The notes under the pieces: model-generated
Database searches by the model: none
What the model was told of the DNA's origin: nothing
The model's input: only the letters and a program-made list of their open reading frames with translations
Origin: Actinomycetota bacterium
GTDB lineage: Bacteria; Actinomycetota; Thermoleophilia; Solirubrobacterales; Solirubrobacteraceae
DNA length: 33,728 nt
Direction: 5' to 3'
Assembly (NCBI GenBank): GCA_046744275.1
Contig: JBKOYW010000411.1
Coordinates: 1 to 33,728 of the forward strand
Shown here: one piece after another, positions 14,769 through 23,398 of the stretch
Position numbering within the stretch: the first letter of the stretch is position 1
How the letters are laid out: each line of letters begins with the position of its first letter
Made by a program: the position numbers and the translations under genes

Positions 14769-15686
14769 TCAGCGGTTCTCGACGCGCAGAGCGAAGCTCG
14801 CGCGGGCCCTCCGTCCCGCCGGCACGCTGCGGAGCCCTTCGTGGCTCCGCAGCGCGTCGACCGGCGCGGTCATCGGCTCGAAGCAGATGACCTGTTGGTC
14901 GAGCGGCGCGAAGACCTGCGCATAGCGGTAGAAGGAGGTCAGCTCGACCGTCACGCGGCGGTTTCCGGCGGCGACCGAGAAGCGACATCCGGGCGTCACC
15001 GCGAAGAGGTGATCATATGCGCGCCGCGCGAGCGGGAACGCCTCCGGCGCCAGCTCGGTCGTCGCCCCCGTCGGTAGGCCGCGTGGATCGAGCTCGAGCG
15101 CGGTTCTGGCCGGCAGCTCGACCCACCAGTCCTCGCGGGGCTCGCCGGGCGGCGCCAGGTACGGATGGAAGCCGAACGAGAGCGGCACCGGGCCGTCCGC
15201 GCCGGCGGTCACGGTCGTCTCGACGGTCAGCGTCCCGGCCTCGAGCCGGATCGCCAGCTCGAGCGTGTGCGGGAACGGGAACACGGCCAGGAGCTCGGGG
15301 TGGGCGCCGAAGTCGAGCTCGGCTGTCAGCCACGAGGCGCCGCCGTCGACGAGCCGCCAGCTCGACGCGGCCGCGAGCGCGCCGTGGATCGGCAGGCAGT
15401 GCTCGTCGCCGTGCAGCAGCGGAGAGCCGCGGTCGAGCTCGACGCGCCGTCCGGACGCCTCGTAGGACCAGCCGCCGAGCCGGTTCGCCCACGGGTAGAG
15501 CAGTGGGATGCCGAACACCGCGCCGTGATCGAGGTAGGCGGCCAGCCCGCCGCCGAGCCCGAGCAGCTCGTCGCCGCGATGTCGCAGCGAGCAGCCGACC
15601 ATTCCCGCGTGCGTGGCGAACCGCGCCGTCAGGTCGCCCTCCGGGGCGGCGAGCTCGACGACGTCCGGGTCGAGCGCGGTCGTCAT
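14769..15686 (-). CDS. Aldose 1-epimerase (galactose mutarotase-like) family protein
   Basis: 305 aa. The pattern GIPLLYPWANRL...HG...FGFHPY is typical of the mutarotase superfamily. It is divergent from zwf. Confidence 0.82.
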   Translation of the reverse strand: MTTALDPDVVELAAPEGDLTARFATHAGMVGCSLRHRGDELLGLGGGLAAYLDHGAVFGIPLLYPWANRLGGWSYEASGRRVELDRGSPLLHGDEHCLPIHGALAAASSWRLVDGGASWLTAELDFGAHPELLAVFPFPHTLELAIRLEAGTLTVETTVTAGADGPVPLSFGFHPYLAPPGEPREDWWVELPARTALELDPRGLPTGATTELAPEAFPLARRAYDHLFAVTPGCRFSVAAGNRRVTVELTSFYRYAQVFAPLDQQVICFEPMTAPVDALRSHEGLRSVPAGRRARASFALRVENR

Positions 15687-15770
15687 GAGCAGAGTGTCGA
15701 GCGCGCGGCGAGAGGAATCTCATCCGCATGGGGTGATGGCGCCTGAGGGGGGGTCGGCTTCCGTACAGGC

Positions 15771-17210
15771 ATGGCCACGACAACCCGCGCTCGTGCGCAC
15801 CCCGCAGCGGCTTCGGAAGGGCTCGACGAGCCGCGCCCCGCCGACGTGTTCGTCGCCTTCGGGATCACCGGCGACCTCGCGAGGGTCATGACCTTCCGGT
15901 CGCTCTACCGGCTCGAGCGGCGCGGCCTGCTCGACTGCCCGATCGTCGGCGTCGCGGTCGACGACTGGACCCCGGACGACCTGCGCGAGCACGCCCACGC
16001 CGCCATCGCCGCCTCCGAGCAGGTCGACGAAGCCGTCTTCGAGCGGTTCGCCGCCCGGCTGCGCTACCTGCAGGGCGACTTCGGCGACGCCGACACGTTC
16101 ACGCGGCTCGCGTCCCTGATCGGCGACGTGCGCTCGCCGGTCTTCTACCTCGAGATCCCGCCGTTCCTGTTCGGCACCGTCGTCGCCGGCCTCGCCGGCG
16201 CCGGGCTGACGGAGAACGCGCGCGTGGTCGTCGAGAAGCCGTTCGGGCACGACCTCGCCTCGGCGCGCGAGCTCAACGAGCAGATCCACGAGCACATCGA
16301 CGAGTCGCAGCTGTACCGGATCGACCACTTCCTCGGGAAGATGGGCCTGGCGGAGATCCTCTACCTGCGGTTCGCCAACACCACCTTCGAGCCGATCTGG
16401 AACCGGAGCTACGTCTCGTCGGTCCAGATCACGATGGCCGAGGCCTTCGGCGTCGACGACCGCGGCCACTTCTACGACCCCGTCGGGGCTGTACGCGACG
16501 TCGTGGTCAACCACCTGATGCAGGTGGTCGGCGCGGCCGCGATGGAGCCGCCCGCCGGGGGCGGCCCCGCGATCCTCAAGGACTCGCTGTGCAGCGTGTT
16601 CCGCGCCATGCCGGAGGCCAAGCCGGCGCACTACGTGCGCGGCCAGCACGTCGGCTACCGGCAGATCGACGGGGTCGCGCCCGACTCCGAGACCGAGACG
16701 TACGCGGCGCTGCGGCTGGACATCGACAACTGGCGCTGGTCGGGCGTGCCGTTCTTCATCCGGACCGGCAAGTGCCTGCCGGTCACGCAGACCGAGTTGC
16801 GGCTCGTCTTCCAGCACCCGCCGCGGCTCGGCTTCGCCGGGCAGGGCCGGCGGCCGGAGCCCGACCAGCTGATCGTCCGGCTCGATCCCTCGACCGGGAT
16901 CCGGATGCTGGTCGAGGCGCAGCGCGGCGAGGCGGTCGAGCCGGAGCAGCTGCCGATGGATATCGAGTTTCCGGGCACCGCGGCCGACGAGCCGGCGCCG
17001 TACGAGGTCCTGCTGCACGCCGCCATGCGTGGCGACAGCGCGCGCTTCGTCCGCCAGGACAGCGTCGAGGAGAAGTGGCGGGTCCTGCAGCCGCTGATCG
17101 ACTCACCACCCGGCGTGCACCCGTACGCGAAGGGGACGTGGGGGCCGCCCGCCGCGGACGAGCTGATCGCCGGCCACGGGCGCTGGCACGAGCCGTGGGT
17201 GCCGGCATGA
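15771..17210 (+). CDS. zwf: Glucose-6-phosphate 1-dehydrogenase
   Basis: 479 aa. Motifs FGITGDLA (dinucleotide fold), VEKPFGHDLASA, YRIDHFLGK (active-site signature) and NHLMQV. Confidence 0.92.
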   Translation: MATTTRARAHPAAASEGLDEPRPADVFVAFGITGDLARVMTFRSLYRLERRGLLDCPIVGVAVDDWTPDDLREHAHAAIAASEQVDEAVFERFAARLRYLQGDFGDADTFTRLASLIGDVRSPVFYLEIPPFLFGTVVAGLAGAGLTENARVVVEKPFGHDLASARELNEQIHEHIDESQLYRIDHFLGKMGLAEILYLRFANTTFEPIWNRSYVSSVQITMAEAFGVDDRGHFYDPVGAVRDVVVNHLMQVVGAAAMEPPAGGGPAILKDSLCSVFRAMPEAKPAHYVRGQHVGYRQIDGVAPDSETETYAALRLDIDNWRWSGVPFFIRTGKCLPVTQTELRLVFQHPPRLGFAGQGRRPEPDQLIVRLDPSTGIRMLVEAQRGEAVEPEQLPMDIEFPGTAADEPAPYEVLLHAAMRGDSARFVRQDSVEEKWRVLQPLIDSPPGVHPYAKGTWGPPAADELIAGHGRWHEPWVPA

Positions 17211-19123
17211 GCGCCCAGGTCGCCGACGGCGCGAAGCCGATCCAGCAGGCGGCGCCGCAGAGCGCCGCCGCGCCCTCGCCGTTCACGCCGATCGCGGACT
17301 ACGCGTTCCTGTCGGACTGCCACACCGGCGCGCTCGTCGCCCCGGACGGGGCGATCGACTGGCTGTGCGTGCCGCGCTTCGACGCCCCGAGCGTGTTCGG
17401 CACCTTGCTGGACCGCGGGGCCGGGGCGTTCCGGCTCGGTCCGTTCGGCATCAATGTGCCGCTCGCCCGCGCGTACGAGCCGGGGACGAACGTGCTCAGC
17501 ACGACCTGGCAGACGCCGACCGGCTGGCTCGTCGTGCGGGACGCACTGGTCATGGGTCCGCGGCGCGGCGAGGACACGATCACGCCGCACACGCGCCCGC
17601 CGGCCGACGACGACGCCGAGCACCTGCTCGTGCGGACCTCGGTCTGCATCGAGGGCAGCGTCGAGGTCGAGCTGGTGTGCGAGCCGGTGTTCGACTACGG
17701 CCGCACGACGGCCGAGTGGTCGCTGGCCGGGGACGACCTGCACACCGCTGACGCCTCGGGCGCCGGGCAGACGATCCGGCTGCGCACGGACATGGCGGTC
17801 GGGATCGAGGCGGGCCGTGCGCGCGCGCGCCACACGCTGCGCGAGGGCGAGCGGCTGTTCTGCTCGCTGTCGTGGGCCGAGGGCCTGACATCGCCGGCCG
17901 ACGCGACGGAGGCCACCGAGCGGCTCGACGCCACCGCACGCTACTGGCGGTCATGGGTCGGCCGCGCCCGGATCCCCGACCACCGCTGGCGCCAGCCGAT
18001 CCTGCGCTCGGCGCTCGCGATCAAGGGGCTCACGTATATGCCGACCGGGGCGACGGTCGCCGCGCTCACCACCTCGTTGCCGGAGACGCCCGGCGGCGAG
18101 CGCAACTGGGACTACCGCTACACGTGGATGCGCGACTCGACGTTCACGCTGCAGGCGCTGCACTGGCTCAACCTCGACTGGGAGGCCGACGAGTTCATGC
18201 AGTTCGTCGCCGACATCGAGGCCAACGAGGACGGAGCGCTCCAGATCATGTACGGGATCGACGGGCGCCGCGACCTCACCGAGACGACGCGAGACGATCT
18301 CTCCGGCTACGCCGGCGCACGCCCGGTGCGGGTCGGCAACGGCGCCTTCGACCAGCGGCAGAACGACGTCTTCGGCGCGGTGCTCGACTCGGTCCTGCTG
18401 CACACGCGCCGCAGCGAGCGGCTGCCACGGCGGCTGTGGCCGATCGTGGAGAACCAGGCCGAGTGCGCCTCGCGCGTCTGGCGCGAGCCCGACCAGGGCA
18501 TCTGGGAGGCGCGCGGCGAGCCGCAGCACTACGTCTCCTCGAAGCTGATGTGCTGGGTGGCTCTCGACCGTGCCGCCAAGCTGGCCGGGATCCGCGGCGA
18601 CCCCGAGCGCCAGGCGGCGTGGGGGGCGACGGCGGAGGAGATCCGCGCCGACATCCTCGAGCACGGCATCGACGGACGCGGCGTGCTGCGCCAGCACTAC
18701 GCGACCGATGCGCTCGATGCGTCGACGCTGCTGGCGGCCAGCTTCGGCTTCCTGCCGCCGGACGACGAGCGACTGAAGGCGAGCGTGCTCGCGATCGAGC
18801 GAGAGCTCACCGAGCGCGGGTTCGTCCTGCGCTACAAGACCGACGAGACCGACGACGGCCTATCGGGCAAGGAGGGGACGTTCCTGATCTGCTCGTTCTG
18901 GCTCGTGACGGCGCTCGCCGTCATCGGCGAGCTCCAGCGGGCAAGGGACCTGATGGAGCGCCTGCTGCGGATCGCCTCTCCGCTCGGGCTGTACGCGGAG
19001 GAGTTCGAAACCGACACCGCCCGCCACCTCGGCAACTTCCCGCAGGCGTTCTCGCACCTCGCGCTGATCCAAGCGGCCGCCCGGATCATCGTCGCCGAGC
19101 GGCTGGCGGAGCTGACGTCATGA
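17207..19123 (+). CDS. Glycoside hydrolase family 15 protein (glucoamylase / trehalase-type)
   Basis: 638 aa, from ATG 17207 (ATGA overlap with the zwf stop). Matching stretches: IADYAFLSDCHTGALV...DWLCVPRFD, NWDYRYTWMRDS and GNFPQAFSH. Confidence 0.9.
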   Translation: MSAQVADGAKPIQQAAPQSAAAPSPFTPIADYAFLSDCHTGALVAPDGAIDWLCVPRFDAPSVFGTLLDRGAGAFRLGPFGINVPLARAYEPGTNVLSTTWQTPTGWLVVRDALVMGPRRGEDTITPHTRPPADDDAEHLLVRTSVCIEGSVEVELVCEPVFDYGRTTAEWSLAGDDLHTADASGAGQTIRLRTDMAVGIEAGRARARHTLREGERLFCSLSWAEGLTSPADATEATERLDATARYWRSWVGRARIPDHRWRQPILRSALAIKGLTYMPTGATVAALTTSLPETPGGERNWDYRYTWMRDSTFTLQALHWLNLDWEADEFMQFVADIEANEDGALQIMYGIDGRRDLTETTRDDLSGYAGARPVRVGNGAFDQRQNDVFGAVLDSVLLHTRRSERLPRRLWPIVENQAECASRVWREPDQGIWEARGEPQHYVSSKLMCWVALDRAAKLAGIRGDPERQAAWGATAEEIRADILEHGIDGRGVLRQHYATDALDASTLLAASFGFLPPDDERLKASVLAIERELTERGFVLRYKTDETDDGLSGKEGTFLICSFWLVTALAVIGELQRARDLMERLLRIASPLGLYAEEFETDTARHLGNFPQAFSHLALIQAAARIIVAERLAELTS

Positions 19124-20697
19124 GCGACTACGACGTCATCGTGATCGGCAGCGGCGCCGGCGGCGGAACGCTCGTGCGCCGTCTCGCGCCGACCGGCAAG
19201 CGCATCCTGCTGCTCGAGCGCGGCGACTGGCTGCCGCGCGAGCCGGAGAACTGGTCCGCGCATGCCGTGTTCGTCGACAACCGCTACGTGTCGCCCGACA
19301 CCTGGTACGACGGCGACGGCAGGCCGTTCCAGCCGCAGGTGCACTACTTCGTCGGCGGCGCGACGAAGCTCTACGGCGCGGCGCTGTACCGCCTGCGCGA
19401 CGAGGACTTCGGCGAGCTCGCGCACCACGACGGCGTGTCGCCGGCCTGGCCGATCGGCTACGACGAGATGGAGCCGTACTACACCGCGGCCGAGCAGATG
19501 TACTGCGTGCACGGCGCGCGCGGCGAGGATCCGACCGACCCGCCCGCCAGCGCGCCATATCCGTTCCCGGCGCTGGTGCACGAGCCGCGGATCCAGAAGC
19601 TCTCGGACGACCTGGCGGCCGCCGGCTACGAGCCGTTCCACGCGCCGTGCGGCGTCCTGCGCGATGACGCGAACCCGCCGTTCAGCACGTGCGTGCGCTG
19701 CGCGACCTGCGACGGCTTCCCGTGCCTCGTGCACGCCAAGTCCGACGCCGAGGTGCTGGGCGTGCGGCCGGCGCTCGAGCACGACAACGTGACGCTGCTG
19801 ACCAACGCCGAGGCTCTGCGGCTCGAGACCGACGCGGCCGGGACCACCGTGAAGGGCGTCGTCGTGCGAGGCGAGGACGGCGAGGAGATCTACACCGGCG
19901 ACATCGTGGTGGTGTCCTGCGGCGCGACGAACTCGGCGCGGCTGCTGCTCGCCTCGGCGAGCGACCGGCACCCCAACGGGCTCGCCAACGGCTCGGACCA
20001 GGTCGGGCGCAACTACATGTTCCACAACAGTCAGGCCGTCCTGGCGCTGTCGAAGGACGAGAACCCGACTGTGTTCCAGAAGACGCTCGGGCTCAACGAC
20101 TTCTACTTCCATGGCCCCGACGTCGACTACCCGCTCGGCAACATCCAGATGGTCGGCAAGTCGTCGGCGCCGATGTACCGCGGCGAGAAGCCCGTCGAGA
20201 CGAAGCTCGCTCCTGAGTTCTCGCTCGAGCAGGTCGCCCGCCACGCGATCGACTTCTGGCTCTCCACCGAGGACCTGCCGCGCCCCGAGAACCGCGTGAC
20301 GCTGCGCCCCGATGGGAGCGTCGCGCTCTCGTACACGCCCAACAACGAGGTGCCCAAGCAGAAGCTGTACGTCCAGCTGCGGTCGATCCTCGGCCACCTC
20401 GGCATGCACCACCACCACCTGGTTCCGCGCCACGCGTATCTGAAGAACGACATCCCGGTCGCGGGTTGCGCGCACCAGGCCGGCACGTGCCGGTTCGGTA
20501 CCGATCCCGCGACGTCGGTGCTCGACGTCGACTGCTGCGCCCACGAGGTCGACAACCTGTACGTCGTCGACACGAGCTTCTTCCCGAGCATCGGTGCGGT
20601 CAACCCGGCGCTGACGGCGATGGCCAACGCCCTGCGCGTGGGCGATCGGATCATCGAGCGGCTCGGCGCGACGGCGGGAAGGGAGGTGGTCGCGTGA
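19120..20697 (+). CDS. GMC-family FAD oxidoreductase with an internal Cys cluster
   Basis: 525 aa, from ATG 19120 (ATGA overlap). N-terminal DVIVIGSGAGGG FAD fold. Cys cluster CVRCATCDGFPC at 19690-19725. The C-terminal HQAGTCRFG and NLYVVDTSFFPS motifs are typical of GMC enzymes. Confidence 0.9.
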   Translation: MSDYDVIVIGSGAGGGTLVRRLAPTGKRILLLERGDWLPREPENWSAHAVFVDNRYVSPDTWYDGDGRPFQPQVHYFVGGATKLYGAALYRLRDEDFGELAHHDGVSPAWPIGYDEMEPYYTAAEQMYCVHGARGEDPTDPPASAPYPFPALVHEPRIQKLSDDLAAAGYEPFHAPCGVLRDDANPPFSTCVRCATCDGFPCLVHAKSDAEVLGVRPALEHDNVTLLTNAEALRLETDAAGTTVKGVVVRGEDGEEIYTGDIVVVSCGATNSARLLLASASDRHPNGLANGSDQVGRNYMFHNSQAVLALSKDENPTVFQKTLGLNDFYFHGPDVDYPLGNIQMVGKSSAPMYRGEKPVETKLAPEFSLEQVARHAIDFWLSTEDLPRPENRVTLRPDGSVALSYTPNNEVPKQKLYVQLRSILGHLGMHHHHLVPRHAYLKNDIPVAGCAHQAGTCRFGTDPATSVLDVDCCAHEVDNLYVVDTSFFPSIGAVNPALTAMANALRVGDRIIERLGATAGREVVA

Positions 20698-22007
20698 GCG
20701 CGCCGAACGGGCAGAGCCACGTCGTGATCGTGGGCGCAGGCATGGCGGGCCTCGGGTGCGCGCGACGCCTGGCGGACCACAAGCACGTGCGCGTGACGCT
20801 GATCGACCGGCACAACTACCACCAGTTCCAGCCGCTGCTCTACCAGGTCGCGACCTCCCAGCTTGCCCCTAGCGACGTCGCCTTCCAGATGCGCAAGCTG
20901 TTCCGCGAGCACCCGAATGTCGACGTCAAGCTCGTCGACGTCGCCGCCGTCGACCCGGCCACGCGAACGGTGACCGACAACGACGGGAGTTCGTACGCGG
21001 GCGACGCGCTGGTGGTGGCCACGGGCTCGGTGCCGAACTTCTTTCGCACGCCGGGCGCCGAAGAGCACGCTTTCCCGCTCTACAGCCTCGACCATGCCAC
21101 CCGCCTGCGCTCGCGGATCCTCGGCGCGTTCGAGGACGCCGACCGCGACCCCTCGCTGCTCGACCAGGGCGCGCTGAACTTCGTCGTGGTCGGCGGCGGC
21201 CCGACCGGCGTCGAGGTGGCCGGGGCGCTCGGCGACATGATCCGGGACACGATGACCGTCGAGTACCGCGACCTCGCGGTCTCGGCGGCACGCGTGCACC
21301 TCGTCGATCTCGGTCACGTGCTGCTCTCCGCGTTCTCGGAGACGGCGCACGACTATGTCGCCAAGGTGCTGCAGCGGAAGGGCGTCGAGCTGCACCTCGG
21401 CGTCAGGGTGTCGGAGATCGGGGCCGGTCACGTGACGCTGTCGGACGGGACGAGGATCGCGACCCGGTGCGTCGTCTGGGGAGGCGGCATCAAGGCTGCC
21501 CCGATCGGCCTCGCGCAGGGCGCCGGCGGCCGGGTGGACGTCCTGCCGGATCTCACCGTGGACGGCGCGCCGGGCGTGTACGCCGTCGGCGATTTCGCCA
21601 ACATCCCGGGCCCGGACGGCCACCACCTGCCCCAGCTCGGCTCGGTGGCGCAGCAGAGCGGCAGGTGGGCCGCCGACAACCTGCTCGCCGACTTCGCCGG
21701 CAAGCAGCGCAAGCCGTTCCACTACCACGACAAGGGCATCATGGCGATGATCGGGCGCGGCGCCGCGATCGCCGAGGTGGGAGCGCACCGCCACGAGCTG
21801 CACGGCGCGATCGCACACGCCGCCTGGCTGGGCGTCCACGCGTCGCTGATGACCGGAGTGCGCAACCGGGTCGAGGGCTTCCTCGACTGGGGCTGGGACG
21901 CGTTCTCGCGCACGCGCGGGCCGATGGTGCTCGACCGCTCCGACGCCGCCCGCATCGACTGGGAGGAGGATCGCGTCCCCGAGCCGGCCGCCGCCGGGCC
22001 ATCGTGA
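20694..22007 (+). CDS. ndh: Type II NADH dehydrogenase (NDH-2), FAD/NAD(P)-binding oxidoreductase
   Basis: 437 aa. GTG 20694 (GTGA overlap) is preceded by GGGAGG. Two Rossmann motifs, VVIVGAGMAG and FVVVGGGPTGVE. HQFQPLLYQVAT is typical of NDH-2. Confidence 0.88.
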   Translation: MSAPNGQSHVVIVGAGMAGLGCARRLADHKHVRVTLIDRHNYHQFQPLLYQVATSQLAPSDVAFQMRKLFREHPNVDVKLVDVAAVDPATRTVTDNDGSSYAGDALVVATGSVPNFFRTPGAEEHAFPLYSLDHATRLRSRILGAFEDADRDPSLLDQGALNFVVVGGGPTGVEVAGALGDMIRDTMTVEYRDLAVSAARVHLVDLGHVLLSAFSETAHDYVAKVLQRKGVELHLGVRVSEIGAGHVTLSDGTRIATRCVVWGGGIKAAPIGLAQGAGGRVDVLPDLTVDGAPGVYAVGDFANIPGPDGHHLPQLGSVAQQSGRWAADNLLADFAGKQRKPFHYHDKGIMAMIGRGAAIAEVGAHRHELHGAIAHAAWLGVHASLMTGVRNRVEGFLDWGWDAFSRTRGPMVLDRSDAARIDWEEDRVPEPAAAGPS

Positions 22008-23398
22008 GCGATCTGGTCGTCATCGCGCTGCCGCTGGCCTCGCTGACGGCGGCGCGGAGCCAGATGGCGTTCACGCTCGGGTTTCACATCATCCTCGCGT
22101 CGCTGGGCGTGGCGTTTCCCGCGATCATGCTGATCGCGAACTACCGCGGCCTGCGCCGCAACGACGCCGACGCGCTCCTGCTCGCCCGGCGCTGGTCGAA
22201 GGTCGTGGCGGTGACGTTCGCGGTCGGCGCCGTCACCGGCACGGTGCTCTCGTTCGAGTTCGGGCTGCTGTGGCCCGAGTTCACCGGCACCTTCGGACAG
22301 GTCTTCGGCGTCCTGTTCGCGATCGAGGGGATCTTCTTCTTCCTCGAGGCGATCTTCGTCGCGATCTACATCTTCGGCTGGACGCGCCTGGCTCCCTGGA
22401 CGCACTTCTGGGCGGGGGTCCCGATCCCGCTCTGCGGCATCGGCGGCGCGTTCTCGGTGGTGGCCGTCAACTCGTGGATGAACCAGCCGCAGGGCTACAC
22501 GATGACGAACGGCGAGGTGACGGACGTCGATCCGCTGAAGGTGATCTTCAACCCGGCGGTCCCGTACGAGGTCCCGCACATGATCCTCGCCGCCTACCTC
22601 GTCACGGGCTTCCTGGTCGCGGGTGTGTACGCGGTGGGGATGCTGCGCGGGCGCCGCGACCGCTACCACCGGCTCGGACTGCTGATCCCGCTCACGGTGG
22701 CCTGCGTCGTCACGCCGATCCAGTTCATGGTCGGCGACACGGCCGCGCGCGCGATCGCCAAGGACCAGCCGATCAAGTTCGCCGCGATGGAGTGCGTGCA
22801 GACGACGTCCACCCACGTCACCGAGTACATCTACGGTCGCTGCACGTCGGACGGCGTCAAGGGCGGGATCGGGATCCCCGGCTTCGACTCGTTCCTCGTC
22901 GGGTTCAGCACCGACACGCAGGTGACGGGGCTGGACACCGTCCCGCCCGACGACCGGCCACCCGCCAACACGATGCTGCACTGGGCCTTCGACACGATGG
23001 TCGGCATCTGCGTGGCGCTGATCCTGCTCGGGATCTGGTTCGGCATCGCCTGGTGGCGCAGGCGCGACATCCCGGGAACGCCCTGGTTCCTGCGGGCCGT
23101 CGCGATCTCAGGCGTGGCCTCCGTCGTCGCGCTCGAGTGCGGCTGGATCGTCACCGAGGTCGGCCGGCAGCCGTGGATCGTCTACAACGTGATGCGGACG
23201 AAGGACGCGGTGACGCAGGCGGACGGCGTCTGGGTCACGTTCGCGGCGGTCATGCTGCTGTACGCGTTGCTGGCCGCGACGCTCGTGATCACGCTGCGGG
23301 CGATGGCGCGACGGTGGCGCGCCGCGGACGAGCAGGACACCGACGTGCCGTACGGGCCGTCGCCCGCCGTCCCGCCCGCGTCTGAGGCGACGCAGTGA
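22004..23398 (+). CDS. cydA: Cytochrome bd oxidase subunit I (copy 2)
   Basis: 464 aa, from GTG 22004 (GTGA overlap). It shares the signature blocks of copy 1: FTLGFHIIL, GLLWPEF, QPIKFAAME, GWIVTEVGRQPWIVY. Confidence 0.93.
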   Translation: MSDLVVIALPLASLTAARSQMAFTLGFHIILASLGVAFPAIMLIANYRGLRRNDADALLLARRWSKVVAVTFAVGAVTGTVLSFEFGLLWPEFTGTFGQVFGVLFAIEGIFFFLEAIFVAIYIFGWTRLAPWTHFWAGVPIPLCGIGGAFSVVAVNSWMNQPQGYTMTNGEVTDVDPLKVIFNPAVPYEVPHMILAAYLVTGFLVAGVYAVGMLRGRRDRYHRLGLLIPLTVACVVTPIQFMVGDTAARAIAKDQPIKFAAMECVQTTSTHVTEYIYGRCTSDGVKGGIGIPGFDSFLVGFSTDTQVTGLDTVPPDDRPPANTMLHWAFDTMVGICVALILLGIWFGIAWWRRRDIPGTPWFLRAVAISGVASVVALECGWIVTEVGRQPWIVYNVMRTKDAVTQADGVWVTFAAVMLLYALLAATLVITLRAMARRWRAADEQDTDVPYGPSPAVPPASEATQ

